NCBI GenBank assembly: GCA_020184695.1
Contig: JAANOX010000085.1
Location: forward strand, 186,001 to 250,000
Source of the DNA: Histomonas meleagridis 2922-C6/04-290x
Taxonomy: Eukaryota; Protista; Parabasalia
DNA: 64,000 nucleotides
Direction of reading: 5' to 3'
This document shows, one piece after another, positions 51,932-63,170 of this stretch (within the stretch, counting starts at the first letter, position 1; each line of letters begins with the position of its first letter). Under the pieces are notes generated by a model. That model searched no databases. It was not told the DNA's origin and worked only from the letters and a program-made list of their open reading frames with translations. The translations under genes and the position numbers were made by a program.

Positions 51932-54900
51932 TTATCTAAATTTCATATATCTTTTTAAAGTTTCTATTTTCTCTTTGGGATAATGTTCTTTTTGTATCAA
52001 ATAAGCGCAACAACTCTCAAACAGTTCTGGATTTCTTTGGTACACATCACTTGTCACATCGGCCAATCTAATTTTTATTTTTGGGTGTACTTTCTGCGAC
52101 GAATTGATTACGTTTGACGCAATGCATATAATCTTTGTTAAGAATTCAGCACTCGCTTCTATCATCGGGTCTGCCATATCCAACAAATCATCCAGCACGT
52201 TAAATATTATATTTGAGGTACATGAATCCACAGTAATTTGTAAATAATAGAAGAAATTTACAAGTGCTTCTTCTTTTAACTCTGTGTTTAACAAATAATA
52301 TCGAACAAGTACTGCATATGCTGCTATTACATTACCTGTGATATCATCGTTATATAGATAAATCTCGTCAACTGAAAGTGTATATAAATATATGTTATAA
52401 AGTGCTTTAATGTAATCATTATGAAGTGGTATACATTCACTTTCAATACGTATTAATTGTTTAAGAATAGACACAACTTCATTCGTTTTATAGTTCTTTA
52501 TAACATTATTAATTTCTTCTTCATTATTATTATTAAGAATTTGGATTGGTATTAATGAATTTATATAATGTTGAATGAATTTATTTAATATTTCATTCTG
52601 TGGTTGAAGTTTCCCAACAACCATTATATATATAGTAATAAAATTATATATATCTGTTTTGATTATATCATTGTTAATTGTTTGTTCAATTAATGGGAAA
52701 AAATTGGCTTCAAATATTGGAATAAATTGTTGTGGATTAAATTGTGTAAGATAAAGTGTTATTTCATATAATTTATCAATGACAATTCCAATGATTTCAA
52801 TAATTTTATCGGATTCTATTTCTTCATCTTGAAATTTAATAAGTTCATTCATTCGCTTTAATTTAAAGTCAAGAATTTTAGTTGTTAATAAATGGAATGT
52901 TAAATAAGTTTTAACAAAATTCTCTTCATTAACTTCTTTATATGTAATTGACTTTTCGATCATTCGATTAATATGTTCAATGATATTATAAATTAATCCG
53001 AAATTAAATTTTTCAATGTAAGGTACGACTTCGAAATAAAGTTTAAATCCATATGACAAAAAATTATTTAATATTTCTTTATCATTTTTAAATAATTTAA
53101 TTGAAGCAAAAATTATTTTCGCTAATTCATATATAATAAGTGATACCATATAAGGATAATCAAGCCATTTTTGGATAATTTCAAATATGATTTTACAATT
53201 CGGTAAAAAATTGGTACCTAATGCAATTTCTAATGAATAAATGACTTCGAATTCATTTAATATTTCATTAACTTTCGATTTGAGGACAAATACTTTTAAT
53301 GGTTTACCTTTGGGATTCACTCTCGAATAAATTGATTTAGGACAACATGAAGTATCACTAAACATTTCGAATATTTCAGGTGATAAATTAGATGTAACAA
53401 CATTAATAGCGTTTTGAAATAAGACGCCAAAATAATTAATCGATCGTTCACCTAAAAATCGTATTAATGAAAACATAACTTGATGACGATGTTGATCAAA
53501 TAATTCATTAATATAAATGTTATTCATTTGAATCACATCATTTAAATATAAATTCATTTGTTCCATATGATCAGCTGATATTTCTTTAGTAGCGCGATAT
53601 ATTGATTCGATACCATTAACAAAACACCAAATGATTGATATACGTAATATGAATGCGTTTTCTGTTACAGGATAAATCTTTTTAATGATTTCATTGATTT
53701 CATTAAAGTATTGATAAAATTCGGGCACTGATTTTTCAAACCTTGTTATGATACTAAATAAATGTCCTTCAATTATTGGATCTGTTACTCTTAATATTAA
53801 ATCTCGGACATTAGGATATATTTGATCACATCGTTCTATTAAAGTATTAATAGAAGAGAAACTAACAAAAATATCAAATGTCTTTGCTGCTGTTTTTTGG
53901 ACTTCAATTGATGTCTCATTAATAAAATTAATAAGATATGGATATATCCAATCAAATGTAAATTCTTGAAAATGATATTGAATTGCTTTTGATAATGATC
54001 CAATTATTTTATATGTTAAAAGACGTATAGTATAATGATAATTATAATGAAAATATGAGATAATGTCACTTGTAAATTCTTGAATCAAATCTTTATTACC
54101 GATGATTTCAAAGTAGACTTTTGAATCAAAAACTGTAAATGGATAAAGTATTGCATAAAACTGTTGCCATGTACATTGATTCGGTTGTTGCGTAATATGT
54201 TTACGAAGTTCATTAAGATACCGAAAATAATTAGGTGAACCTGAATTACAAATGATTTCCTCTAAAACATTAATGGCTATTTTAGCTGACGATGTATCAT
54301 TAGGATCATCCCCCAATATACTTTGTTCATTTATTTCTGAAATAACTTGGATAAGACACTGAAATACTGGTCCATAATATGAAGGAGAATTTGAACACAT
54401 TAGGGGTGCCCCTTCCGATAAGGCACTGAATATAAAAAGTGCATTGTTACGATGGGAATACGTTTGTGTTGTTGCTATTTGTGTTAAATAATTGATGAGT
54501 GGTGAAAGAACATCATTAAAAAGAAGAGCATGTTTTAGAGAAAAGTCTTCTATAGCATATAAAATATTATGGATTTTGTCTTGTGGAAAATTAGAAATAA
54601 GTTGTGGAAATACAGATTTAAAAAATTCAATATCTTCAATAGCTCCAGAAAGTGCAAAGAAAAGTTGCGCACGCGGAACAATAGATTCTTCATATATAAT
54701 TTCTTTAGAAGTTAAGTTAAGAAGAAATTCATGTGGAAATCCTGATAGACCTTGTCGATCAAGAAGTATTTTTTGAATAATAATAAATACTCCAGTCTCT
54801 AATTCTGGTATGCTTGACATTTTCATTATAAATTCTTGTATAACGGTAGAGCCATTCATTTTGAATGTAGTACTTGCCATTATATGAATTACACATAAAA

Positions 54901-55213
54901 GTAAGGATTTAGTCACTTCTAAAATTGATGGGTTGGTTAAAATACCTATGATTCTTTCAGAAAAAATACCCCAAAAGTTATTCATGAAATCACCATTTTG
55001 ACATATTCCTGCTTTTATAACATGAAAAAGAAGAGTTGCTCCAACTTTCTGAATTCTTTGGTCTCCACTTTCACAAATTAGTTGGAATGAAAGTAATGCA
55101 AAATTAAGTGGTGCTTGTTGAAGAAATGCTGTTAAATTTGTATCACTTTGTTGTCTTGTCTCACTTGCTGAAAGAGCATCGAGTGCAAGAGCACAAAATG
55201 TTTGTAAATCCAT
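51932..55213 (-). CDS. Importin-beta/karyopherin-beta-like HEAT-repeat protein (IPO5-like)
   Basis: N-terminal ETRQQSDTNL (IBN-like), RNNALFIFSALSE..P..C, acidic loop DDPNDTSSAK, long HEAT array. Confidence 0.65.
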   Translation of the reverse strand: MDLQTFCALALDALSASETRQQSDTNLTAFLQQAPLNFALLSFQLICESGDQRIQKVGATLLFHVIKAGICQNGDFMNNFWGIFSERIIGILTNPSILEVTKSLLLCVIHIMASTTFKMNGSTVIQEFIMKMSSIPELETGVFIIIQKILLDRQGLSGFPHEFLLNLTSKEIIYEESIVPRAQLFFALSGAIEDIEFFKSVFPQLISNFPQDKIHNILYAIEDFSLKHALLFNDVLSPLINYLTQIATTQTYSHRNNALFIFSALSEGAPLMCSNSPSYYGPVFQCLIQVISEINEQSILGDDPNDTSSAKIAINVLEEIICNSGSPNYFRYLNELRKHITQQPNQCTWQQFYAILYPFTVFDSKVYFEIIGNKDLIQEFTSDIISYFHYNYHYTIRLLTYKIIGSLSKAIQYHFQEFTFDWIYPYLINFINETSIEVQKTAAKTFDIFVSFSSINTLIERCDQIYPNVRDLILRVTDPIIEGHLFSIITRFEKSVPEFYQYFNEINEIIKKIYPVTENAFILRISIIWCFVNGIESIYRATKEISADHMEQMNLYLNDVIQMNNIYINELFDQHRHQVMFSLIRFLGERSINYFGVLFQNAINVVTSNLSPEIFEMFSDTSCCPKSIYSRVNPKGKPLKVFVLKSKVNEILNEFEVIYSLEIALGTNFLPNCKIIFEIIQKWLDYPYMVSLIIYELAKIIFASIKLFKNDKEILNNFLSYGFKLYFEVVPYIEKFNFGLIYNIIEHINRMIEKSITYKEVNEENFVKTYLTFHLLTTKILDFKLKRMNELIKFQDEEIESDKIIEIIGIVIDKLYEITLYLTQFNPQQFIPIFEANFFPLIEQTINNDIIKTDIYNFITIYIMVVGKLQPQNEILNKFIQHYINSLIPIQILNNNNEEEINNVIKNYKTNEVVSILKQLIRIESECIPLHNDYIKALYNIYLYTLSVDEIYLYNDDITGNVIAAYAVLVRYYLLNTELKEEALVNFFYYLQITVDSCTSNIIFNVLDDLLDMADPMIEASAEFLTKIICIASNVINSSQKVHPKIKIRLADVTSDVYQRNPELFESCCAYLIQKEHYPKEKIETLKRYMKFR

Positions 55214-55545
55214 TCAAATGATGAATATTGTGCAGCAAAAAACAAAAACTGTAATTTGAATTGAATTTGGTATAATGCATTCAAAGTTGTGACCAACCAC
55301 CGGAAAGGAGACTTCAAATTTGCCACTATAACTTTCATAGCTGAATACGTATTAAGAGAATATACTAATCTTAATTAACTACTGTATAATTTTTTTAAGT
55401 ATCATTTTTTTTAAAAAAAAGATAATTGATATTTATTAAAAATTCAATCAATGTTTTATTAAAAAATAAAAGTACTTAAGATCTTTCATATTTAAGATAA
55501 AAAAATCCAAAAAAGAATTATTGAACAGATTTCCTATTTGAATTT

Positions 55546-55908
55546 TTACTCAGTGATTACTGAAACTTCAACATGAACTTCTGGTTCAAGGCCAATTTGT
55601 GTGACTTGTTTAACAGCAGCTGGCGTTCCAACAAAATCGATAACACGTTTGTAAATACGAAGTTCAAGATGATCGTATGTTTCAGTACCGTTACCACATG
55701 GAGCTCTGCGTGTTGTGATCCTAAGTCTACGGCGTGGCATTGGAATTGGTCCACGAACTTTGAGATGCTCAGCTTTGAGCTTTTGAATTAAATTATTGCA
55801 AACCTTTTGAAGATTTGGAAGTTTTGAAGATGTGATTGTGAGACGAATGCGTTGCGTTGCTTGAACTGCTGCAACTTCCTTCTTTTCATCACCAGTTGGG
55901 ATGCTCAT
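55546..55908 (-). CDS. RPS20: 40S ribosomal protein S20 (uS10)
   Basis: RIRLTITS, VRGPIPMP, ITTRRAPCGNGTETYDHLELRIYKRVID. Confidence 0.96.
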   Translation of the reverse strand: MSIPTGDEKKEVAAVQATQRIRLTITSSKLPNLQKVCNNLIQKLKAEHLKVRGPIPMPRRRLRITTRRAPCGNGTETYDHLELRIYKRVIDFVGTPAAVKQVTQIGLEPEVHVEVSVITE

Positions 55909-55912
55909 TGGA

Positions 55913-55931
55913 AAAGGAAGACCAAACCGTT
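55913..55931 (-). promoter_or_regulatory. M3 (AACGGTTT) plus M5 (CCTTT) core-promoter pair
   Basis: Minus strand AACGGTTTGGTCTTCCTTTTCCAATG; both motifs match Trichomonas core promoter elements in the expected order. Confidence 0.55.
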
Positions 55932-56325
55932 CGACGATAGATAGTCACTTTTTTATAAATGAATTATTCTTTGTAGGGAAATTTTATCTTTTTTGATACT
56001 AAATTATATTAATGGTAAAATACAACAAGAGGAAAATTTTATGTTTATAAAAATTCGGAATTCATCATAAGTTGCTTGAATTAATAATTATCAATTTATA
56101 TTAGCTTAATTAATTGGGATTACATGGCGCATCTAAATATAATTATTTGTTATCCTCATGCATTTTAAAGATTAAACATTAAAAGATTATTATTTTTTTT
56201 TTTCATATTCTGAATATGAAATAAAATAAATTTATTTTAGATGTAAAAAATGATAAATGAATAAATGAGAGCAATTTTACTTCTAAGATAAGAACTTTAA
56301 GCAATCATTATAAGAGCTTGATTAA

Positions 56326-56685
56326 TTAATCCTGTTTTTGTTTTTCTCTTTTTTCTTCCTCTACATCATGTTTCCATGCCCAGAAATAGAAGCTAAAAAC
56401 TATTGCCTGTGTTAGAATAACAGCAAGGCCACATGCATAAATTGGTGAATCATACCTACTGATTGAAGGGAAAATTTTTGGAATCAATTCTCTTCCAAGG
56501 AAGAATGTACCAAATCCTACTATTACTAAGGAAGCTGAAATGAAAATAAAAATTTTTAAAACATTCCGATTTTTCTTCATTATCAAAGCTTGAAAAACAG
56601 TTGGTCCTTTTGGTAAGTCTTTAAGATCTGGTTTAATTTGTATTTCTTCGATTTTTTGTGGTTTTTTTTCTTCTTGTGTCGACAT
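56326..56685 (-). CDS. VMA21-like V-ATPase assembly factor
   Basis: 119 aa, two TM helices (VLKIFIFISASLVIVGFGTFFL; IYACGLAVILTQAIVFSFYFWAW) and a charged C-terminal tail. Confidence 0.55.
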   Translation of the reverse strand: MSTQEEKKPQKIEEIQIKPDLKDLPKGPTVFQALIMKKNRNVLKIFIFISASLVIVGFGTFFLGRELIPKIFPSISRYDSPIYACGLAVILTQAIVFSFYFWAWKHDVEEEKREKQKQD

Positions 56686-56752
56686 CTAGCCAGTTTGTTA
56701 ACAAACTGATCAGATGAATTCAATTGCTTTTAATCGTTCTTGATATAACCAA

Positions 56753-59221
56753 ATGTTTTATCCAAGCGAAGGAACTTTTGATTATAAAGACAAAAAAAAT
56801 AAAAATGAAATGGCAACCCTTCGTGAACAACTTGAAGGAAATGATCCATATCAACGAAAAAAAGCAGCCAAGATTGTAATTTCAAAGATGAGAGGTGGTG
56901 AAAACGTCCAACTTTTATTTTCATCAATTCTTCGTTGTGTAAAAACAGATGACCTAGAACTGAAGAAACTTGCTTATTTATATTTGGTTAATTATTCATC
57001 AAAAGAATCAGAACAAGCAATTATGGCAGTTAATACATTTATTCAAGATAGCCAAGATAACAACCCTTTGATACGTGCTCTTGCTGTTCGTAACATGTGT
57101 AGAATTCGACTTGAAAATGTTGCTGAACATATGATTCAACCTTTAAGTCGATGTCTTAAAGATGAAGATCCTTATGTTCGGAAAACATCTGTTTTTGGGG
57201 TTGTTAAGCTTTATGACATCATTCCAGAGTCTGTAGAAAATTCATCATTATTCAAAATTTTATTATCACTTTTAAATGATGAAAACCCAATGGTTGTTTC
57301 TAATACAACGGCAGCCATTTTAGAAATTAATGAGAAACGTACCAATCCTTTATTTCTATTTAATTCAGAGAATATTGGACCGATTTTATCAGCCGCAACT
57401 TCATGTACTGAGTGGTGTTTGTCACTTCTTCTTGATGCTCTTAGTAAATATAAGCCAACATCAGTAGATGATGCATCATACATGATCGACCGTTTACTCC
57501 CATTTACTAAGCAAAGTAATCCGGCGGTTGTTATCGGCGCATTTAAGTGCATCTTTTTATTTTTAGGGTACTCCAATAAAGATCCACAAGAAGTATTTGA
57601 ACAAGCTTTACCACCTGTTATCTCATTTATAACCACGGGTGATAATGAGATTCAATTTGTAATTCTTCGTACTATCTCTTTGTTTGTTCTTAAATATCCT
57701 AATTCACTTGACAAAAGCATTCGATTATTTTTTGTTAAATATAATGATCCATCATATATTAAAATGGAAAAACTTGATATTGTTATGTCAATTTGTAAAC
57801 CACGAAATGCTAAATTAGTTCTTGGAGAATTACGTGAATATTGTAATTTTGTGGATGTATCATTTGTCCGTAAAAGCATATATGCTATTGGTCAAATAGC
57901 ACTTAAACAAGAAAGTTTTGCATCATCATGTGTTGATATATTAAATGAACTCTTCCAAGGGAAAGCAGATTATGCTATCGAAGAAGCTATAATCGTTTCA
58001 TGTGATATCTTCCGGAAATATCCCGGAAAATTCGAATCAATATTAGCATCGATTTGTTCATGTTTAGATATAATTAAAGAACCTAAAGCCAAAGTAGCAG
58101 CGATTTGGATTTTAGGCGAATATTGTCATGTGATTGATAAAGTCGATGTATTTTTAGATCCATTTTTAGATTCATTTCATGATGAATCGGAATTAGTACA
58201 ATTACAAATACTTTCATCACTTGTAAAGATATATTTATATAAACCAGATTTAGCACGTGATCAATTGCAATTTGCTTTTAATGAAGCAACAAAAGATGGG
58301 AACATTCCCGATGTTAAAAATAGAGCATTAATCTATTGGCGAATGTTATCAATAGATGTTAATGAAGCAAAAAACATTATATTATTCGATAAACAAAATG
58401 TTGAATCATCACAAAAACAATTTACTGATGATGTATTACTCGAATTAATTAAAAACATTGGAAACGTTTCAGGTGTATTACATATTGTACCATCTGATTT
58501 TGTTACACGTGAAAAATATATACCGGAAGCAGATGACTTTTTACAAATTGATGATATTTCTAAAGAAGAAGTTCATCATATATGGAAACCAATACAATTA
58601 ACTAATAATAATTTTATCGATTTAATGTATGATTTTAATGAGAATAATTTTTATTTGAAAATGATTAATAAATCTATGAATAACTTGGATGGGTTTGCTA
58701 TAGCTATAAATAAAAATGTAATCGGATTATCATTCGTATCAATTCCAACTTTTCCTGCGTATATAGAATCGGGTGATATATTCGAAATTTCGATTCCATA
58801 TAAAATTGACTTAAATGATGTTGGTAACGTTGATAAAAATATGTTACAAATTGCATTAAGAACTAATGAGGGTACAGTTTACGGATTATGTAAAATTCCA
58901 ATCGAATATACTTTTACAAATGATGGAAATATTTCACAAGATAAATTTAGAGAATTATACGTTTCAAATAAATTCGAGTTTAATGTGGTCTTAAATGATG
59001 TGGAATTAGCAAGTGATAATGATTTAATGAAAAGAAAAGTGTTTATTGTAGGTAAAAATGAGAATAAAACTTATGTCTCTTTCGCAATGAAAGAAAACGA
59101 AATATTCGTTGGTGAAATTATACAAAATAATCCACAGATGGCAGCGCTGATTAAGGCACAATCATCAAACTATTTGAAGTTGGTTCAGGATGGTTTAATT
59201 GACATTCTTGCTAAAAAATAA
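56753..59221 (+). CDS. AP-1/AP-2 adaptor complex beta subunit (beta-adaptin)
   Basis: LELKKLAYLYLVNY, D.NPLIRALAVR.M..IR, DEDPYVRKT, YNDP.YIK.EKLDI, VDVSFVRKSI.AIG, WILGEY, NRALIYWRML, plus appendage domain. Confidence 0.95.
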   Translation: MFYPSEGTFDYKDKKNKNEMATLREQLEGNDPYQRKKAAKIVISKMRGGENVQLLFSSILRCVKTDDLELKKLAYLYLVNYSSKESEQAIMAVNTFIQDSQDNNPLIRALAVRNMCRIRLENVAEHMIQPLSRCLKDEDPYVRKTSVFGVVKLYDIIPESVENSSLFKILLSLLNDENPMVVSNTTAAILEINEKRTNPLFLFNSENIGPILSAATSCTEWCLSLLLDALSKYKPTSVDDASYMIDRLLPFTKQSNPAVVIGAFKCIFLFLGYSNKDPQEVFEQALPPVISFITTGDNEIQFVILRTISLFVLKYPNSLDKSIRLFFVKYNDPSYIKMEKLDIVMSICKPRNAKLVLGELREYCNFVDVSFVRKSIYAIGQIALKQESFASSCVDILNELFQGKADYAIEEAIIVSCDIFRKYPGKFESILASICSCLDIIKEPKAKVAAIWILGEYCHVIDKVDVFLDPFLDSFHDESELVQLQILSSLVKIYLYKPDLARDQLQFAFNEATKDGNIPDVKNRALIYWRMLSIDVNEAKNIILFDKQNVESSQKQFTDDVLLELIKNIGNVSGVLHIVPSDFVTREKYIPEADDFLQIDDISKEEVHHIWKPIQLTNNNFIDLMYDFNENNFYLKMINKSMNNLDGFAIAINKNVIGLSFVSIPTFPAYIESGDIFEISIPYKIDLNDVGNVDKNMLQIALRTNEGTVYGLCKIPIEYTFTNDGNISQDKFRELYVSNKFEFNVVLNDVELASDNDLMKRKVFIVGKNENKTYVSFAMKENEIFVGEIIQNNPQMAALIKAQSSNYLKLVQDGLIDILAKK

Positions 59222-59854
59222 TTTATAATAAATAATATCATTTTTTGAAGATTTTTTAGAAATAAAAATCAATAATAAATATTCATTTTTTAAACATTTT
59301 GTTGTGTACGGAAATTCTCAAAAATCATTCAATTTATGAGTAAACTATTCAAGCTAAAATTTTCACTCCATCCTACTAGCGACCGTTAGAGGCTGAAGCA
59401 GCAAATGCAAATCAAATTTAATTTGGCAATTCAGCGTCGAATCTCATAAATACAATGAAGAATATTTTTTATCTATTATAGATGATAATTTTATATAATA
59501 CAAACAATTTTTAATAAATCAGAATTCTCTCTAGAGAGTTTGTAACAATATAAAGTAAAATTTATGAATTCTCTGAAAAAGTGTAATTCAAAATATTTTA
59601 GCAAAAGTTAAAAGCATACAGTGATACAAAAAATGTGAAAATTTAGTGAAAAGAAGTGAAGATTCTTGTGGACCACCCCAAAACCGTTAACAATCGGAAT
59701 ATACATGAAACTTGTATACAAAGGTGTAAAATAGAATACAACAATATCTCACATACAAAAAGTTAAAGGGTTCATTAATCCATTTGTTTCATATGAGACA
59801 AAACGAGTATACAACTCTACAACAAATTTTTTTATGCAAGCGCAGAAGGCTCGA

Positions 59855-59917
59855 GCGGTTGTGATCGTATTTCACTGAAAAAACCGGGCTTTTTCAGTGA
59901 AATACGATCACAACCGC
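59855..59917. repeat. Perfect 28-bp inverted repeat with a 7-nt loop
   Basis: GCGGTTGTGATCGTATTTCACTGAAAAA-ACCGGGC-TTTTTCAGTGAAATACGATCACAACCGC. Confidence 0.95.
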
Positions 59918-59952
59918 AGGGGTGGGTTGGAATGTGATTGAATAGTTTACAT

Positions 59953-60134
59953 CGAAATTGAATGATTTTCGAGAATTTCTGTACAGCTGGTGTACTAAAA
60001 ATCCCAAAATTTGAATGATTATTTATCCAAACAGACTAGTCAATTATTTCATAACGTGGATGAAAATCTGTTCAATTTCCACTTTTTGAGTGGTTTACTC
60101 GAAAATTGACTGATTTTTGAGAATTACCGTACAG
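59953..60134 (+). repeat. Imperfect ~34-nt direct repeats
   Basis: CGAAATTGAATGATTTTCGAGAATTTCTGTACAG (59953-59986) and CGAAAATTGACTGATTTTTGAGAATTACCGTACAG (60100-60134), with a partial copy near 60007. Confidence 0.7.
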
Positions 60135-61121
60135 GACAATTATATTCATTTTTTTTCACATTTTTTTTATTTTTTTATTTTTGAATAACTTTTTGATTTG
60201 ATATCAAAAAAAAAATCTTATACAATTGTAACGGATGATTTTGTGATGATCCACATAATTAAAACATTAGTATATTTAAGCTCTGAGCATCAATGTTTAA
60301 ACTTGACGAACCATTTGATAATTGGTATCCACTTATAAGTATATCTGAAGAATAAATTTATTTAATCAAATACTTGTAAGCCACAAATTATTATGAATTA
60401 CATGAAAGAAAAATATGACTTAGAAGTTGAATTTATCCTTAAATAAAAATGTGGGTCATTAGTTGCTGATATACAATCTTTTTTTATTCAAATTCTGAAA
60501 GAAATTGTTCATTATCATATCCGTTCATGGACGGAAGGCTATTCAATTATAATTCAAAAAAAAATTGTTGCAACAATATGATTATTATTCTTTATGATCA
60601 CAAATTGTGGAAACAATTTGAATTAATAATATTTGGTAAACTGATATTAAAATATTGAATGAAAGGGATAATTTTTTCTCATTATTTCTTGAAAAATGCA
60701 GTGATCTTCATTGTTTTCAATCATTTTTACATGAAAGATGAAAATATCCTTTATTTACGCATAGATTCATTAAATACTTTTAATAAAATATATTAATTAT
60801 ATTAAGTATCTTATTTTATATTTATATCAGTTTTAATCATACACACAAGATCAGATGAGACAATGAAAATTAAATTTTGATTTCCTTTTGTAATATTAAT
60901 TAATAATTATATTTCGATATTTCCTTTGGGTTATGTACATATATATTATTCTATTTTCGAGATATTTTTATTTTATTCGTAAATTTTTTCAATGCATATT
61001 TGGTCAGTCTACTTTTTAAAAAAAATAATTCAAATTTTGATAATAAAAAAGTGAGCCATTTGTGTCACTCATTTAATGTGAAAAGTGGTTGCGTTGAAAT
61101 TACATTTTATATCACATAGCA

Positions 61122-63025
61122 ATGAAAAAAAGAGATTATTCAATTCTTCCAGATGCACTTAAACCATATGCTGAACTTGAAGACTTGATTTATGAAGGGT
61201 CGGACGAAAGTTTAGATAAAGCACAAAAAATTATTGATGATGTTGGACAAAATATTTCAAAAGCATATTTATTCATGGTCATCGCATTTGCAGCTAGCTC
61301 AAATGAAGGAAGGATTCGAGAATATGCGGAATTATTAAAAAAGAATGGACCATATTTATTCCGCCTAGATTTTCCTTCTAACTTTATTAAGTACATTATG
61401 TTAAGTGGAATTGTTGATATGGAACTTTATGCATGTAAAATTGAAGTTGATCTAAAGATTTTCAGTTCGAATGGGAACCTAATTCAATTCAAGATCTCAT
61501 TGTTAAAGGAGACAAAAAAGCATTAGATGCTATTGAAGATCTTTCAGATGTTGAATTGACATTATTTGGAGAAGAAATAGATCTAATGGAATTTGCCTTA
61601 AAATTTGGTTCATATGAAATATGCGAATATCTTGTTAAAGAAAGAGGACTAGATTGCGAAGATTTCTTTATAATTATATCAACAGGTGACTTAAACAAGT
61701 TAAAACTTTTTGAAAAAAGATTGAAGAAAAAAGTTTATGATGATTTTGATGAAATGGAACAATTTGCATGTATGTTCCATGCTCCATATATCATTGATTA
61801 TTTAATCGATAATTATCCTGGTTGTAGGGAAGAAGAAGATGATGATGAAATTGGGTTTTTAATTCAAGGTTATAATACTGTTGATTGGTATAAGCGAATT
61901 AAAGATCTTCCGACTTTTGATAAAAAAATCATCAAAAATTTTGTTGCTTCAGGGCAAATTCATATCCTTAAGTACTTCCTTAATCAAGCACCAGAGAAAA
62001 TAAAGTTCGATGATTCAGCTTTTAAAATGGCAGGAAAATTTGGCGATATTGAAACTATTAAATATATGATGTCAACGAAAGAATATCAATCGAACAAAGA
62101 AAAATGTCTTCAAAAGATTCTTGAAGGAGCACTTAAAGGGCAAGAATCGAAAGCCGTTGATTTTCTCATAGATAATGGTGCCAAATTAACAGATGATTTA
62201 ATTTTTTCGGGATTAAATGAAAGTGTCTATTATGATTACCCAGGATTTATACAATTTCTTGTTGATCAATATAATGCAAGACTTGATATAATATCAAAGA
62301 AAAATGAAACACTTTTAATGACAGCAGCTAAAGATGGGAATAATGACTTATGTGAACTAATATTAGGATCCGGAGTTAATATTAATCAACAAAACAACAA
62401 TGGATATACAGCTTTAATGTATGCAGTCGAAAAAGTGAAAAGAGAAACAGTTGAACTCTTAATAGGAAAAGGAACAAATGCTAATCTTCAAAATAATGAT
62501 GGTAATACAGCAATAATACTTGCTTGTAGTAGTTCATTATGTATCAATTTTAATATTATTCAAATGCTTTCTGATGCTGGTGCTGACTTCTTAATTGAAA
62601 ATAAAATAGGTAAAACAGCAATAAATTACGCACATGAAAAGGGAGTTTTAAATGACGTTTTAATGATTAAACCTGAGCTTCGACAAATATGTGAAAGACT
62701 TCAACTAAAACAAATACCTCGAAAAGATTCAGATGATGAACCAAAAAATAAAGCGCAAAGTGCAAATAGTACAGGTACAAAATCAATGGCCGAATTGTTA
62801 GCAACTTATGATCCTGAATATAGGATTCGATGGGTAGAAAATTTAGTTAATTTTTTATTATATAAAAAGATAGGCACACCTCAGGAAAAAGCTAAACAGG
62901 CCAAAAATATTTTAAATACAATACCAAATGACTTAATAGAACCTTCTTCATTGCAAAAATTGAAGGAAATTGCAAAATATGAAACTAAAGATGAAGATGA
63001 CTCAAATACATCAAGTGATCAATAA
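61122..63025 (+). CDS. Ankyrin-repeat protein split by a single frameshift (uninterrupted repeats)
   Basis: ORF 61122-61526 overlaps a second frame open from about 61450 (SKDFQFEWEPNSIQDLIVKGD...) to TAA 63025; repeats NQQNNNGYTAL, NLQNNDGNTAI and IENKIGKTAI. Confidence 0.75.
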
Positions 63026-63170
63026 AATTACTTATTTATTTGTATTTTTCGTCTTGAAAATGAATTCATCTAAAATATTATAGCGATTCTTTTTAATATT
63101 GGAAATAACCGTTAAATTGTATGTTTTACACAAATACGTTACTTAACAAGAAAACAAATATTTCAGCAAA

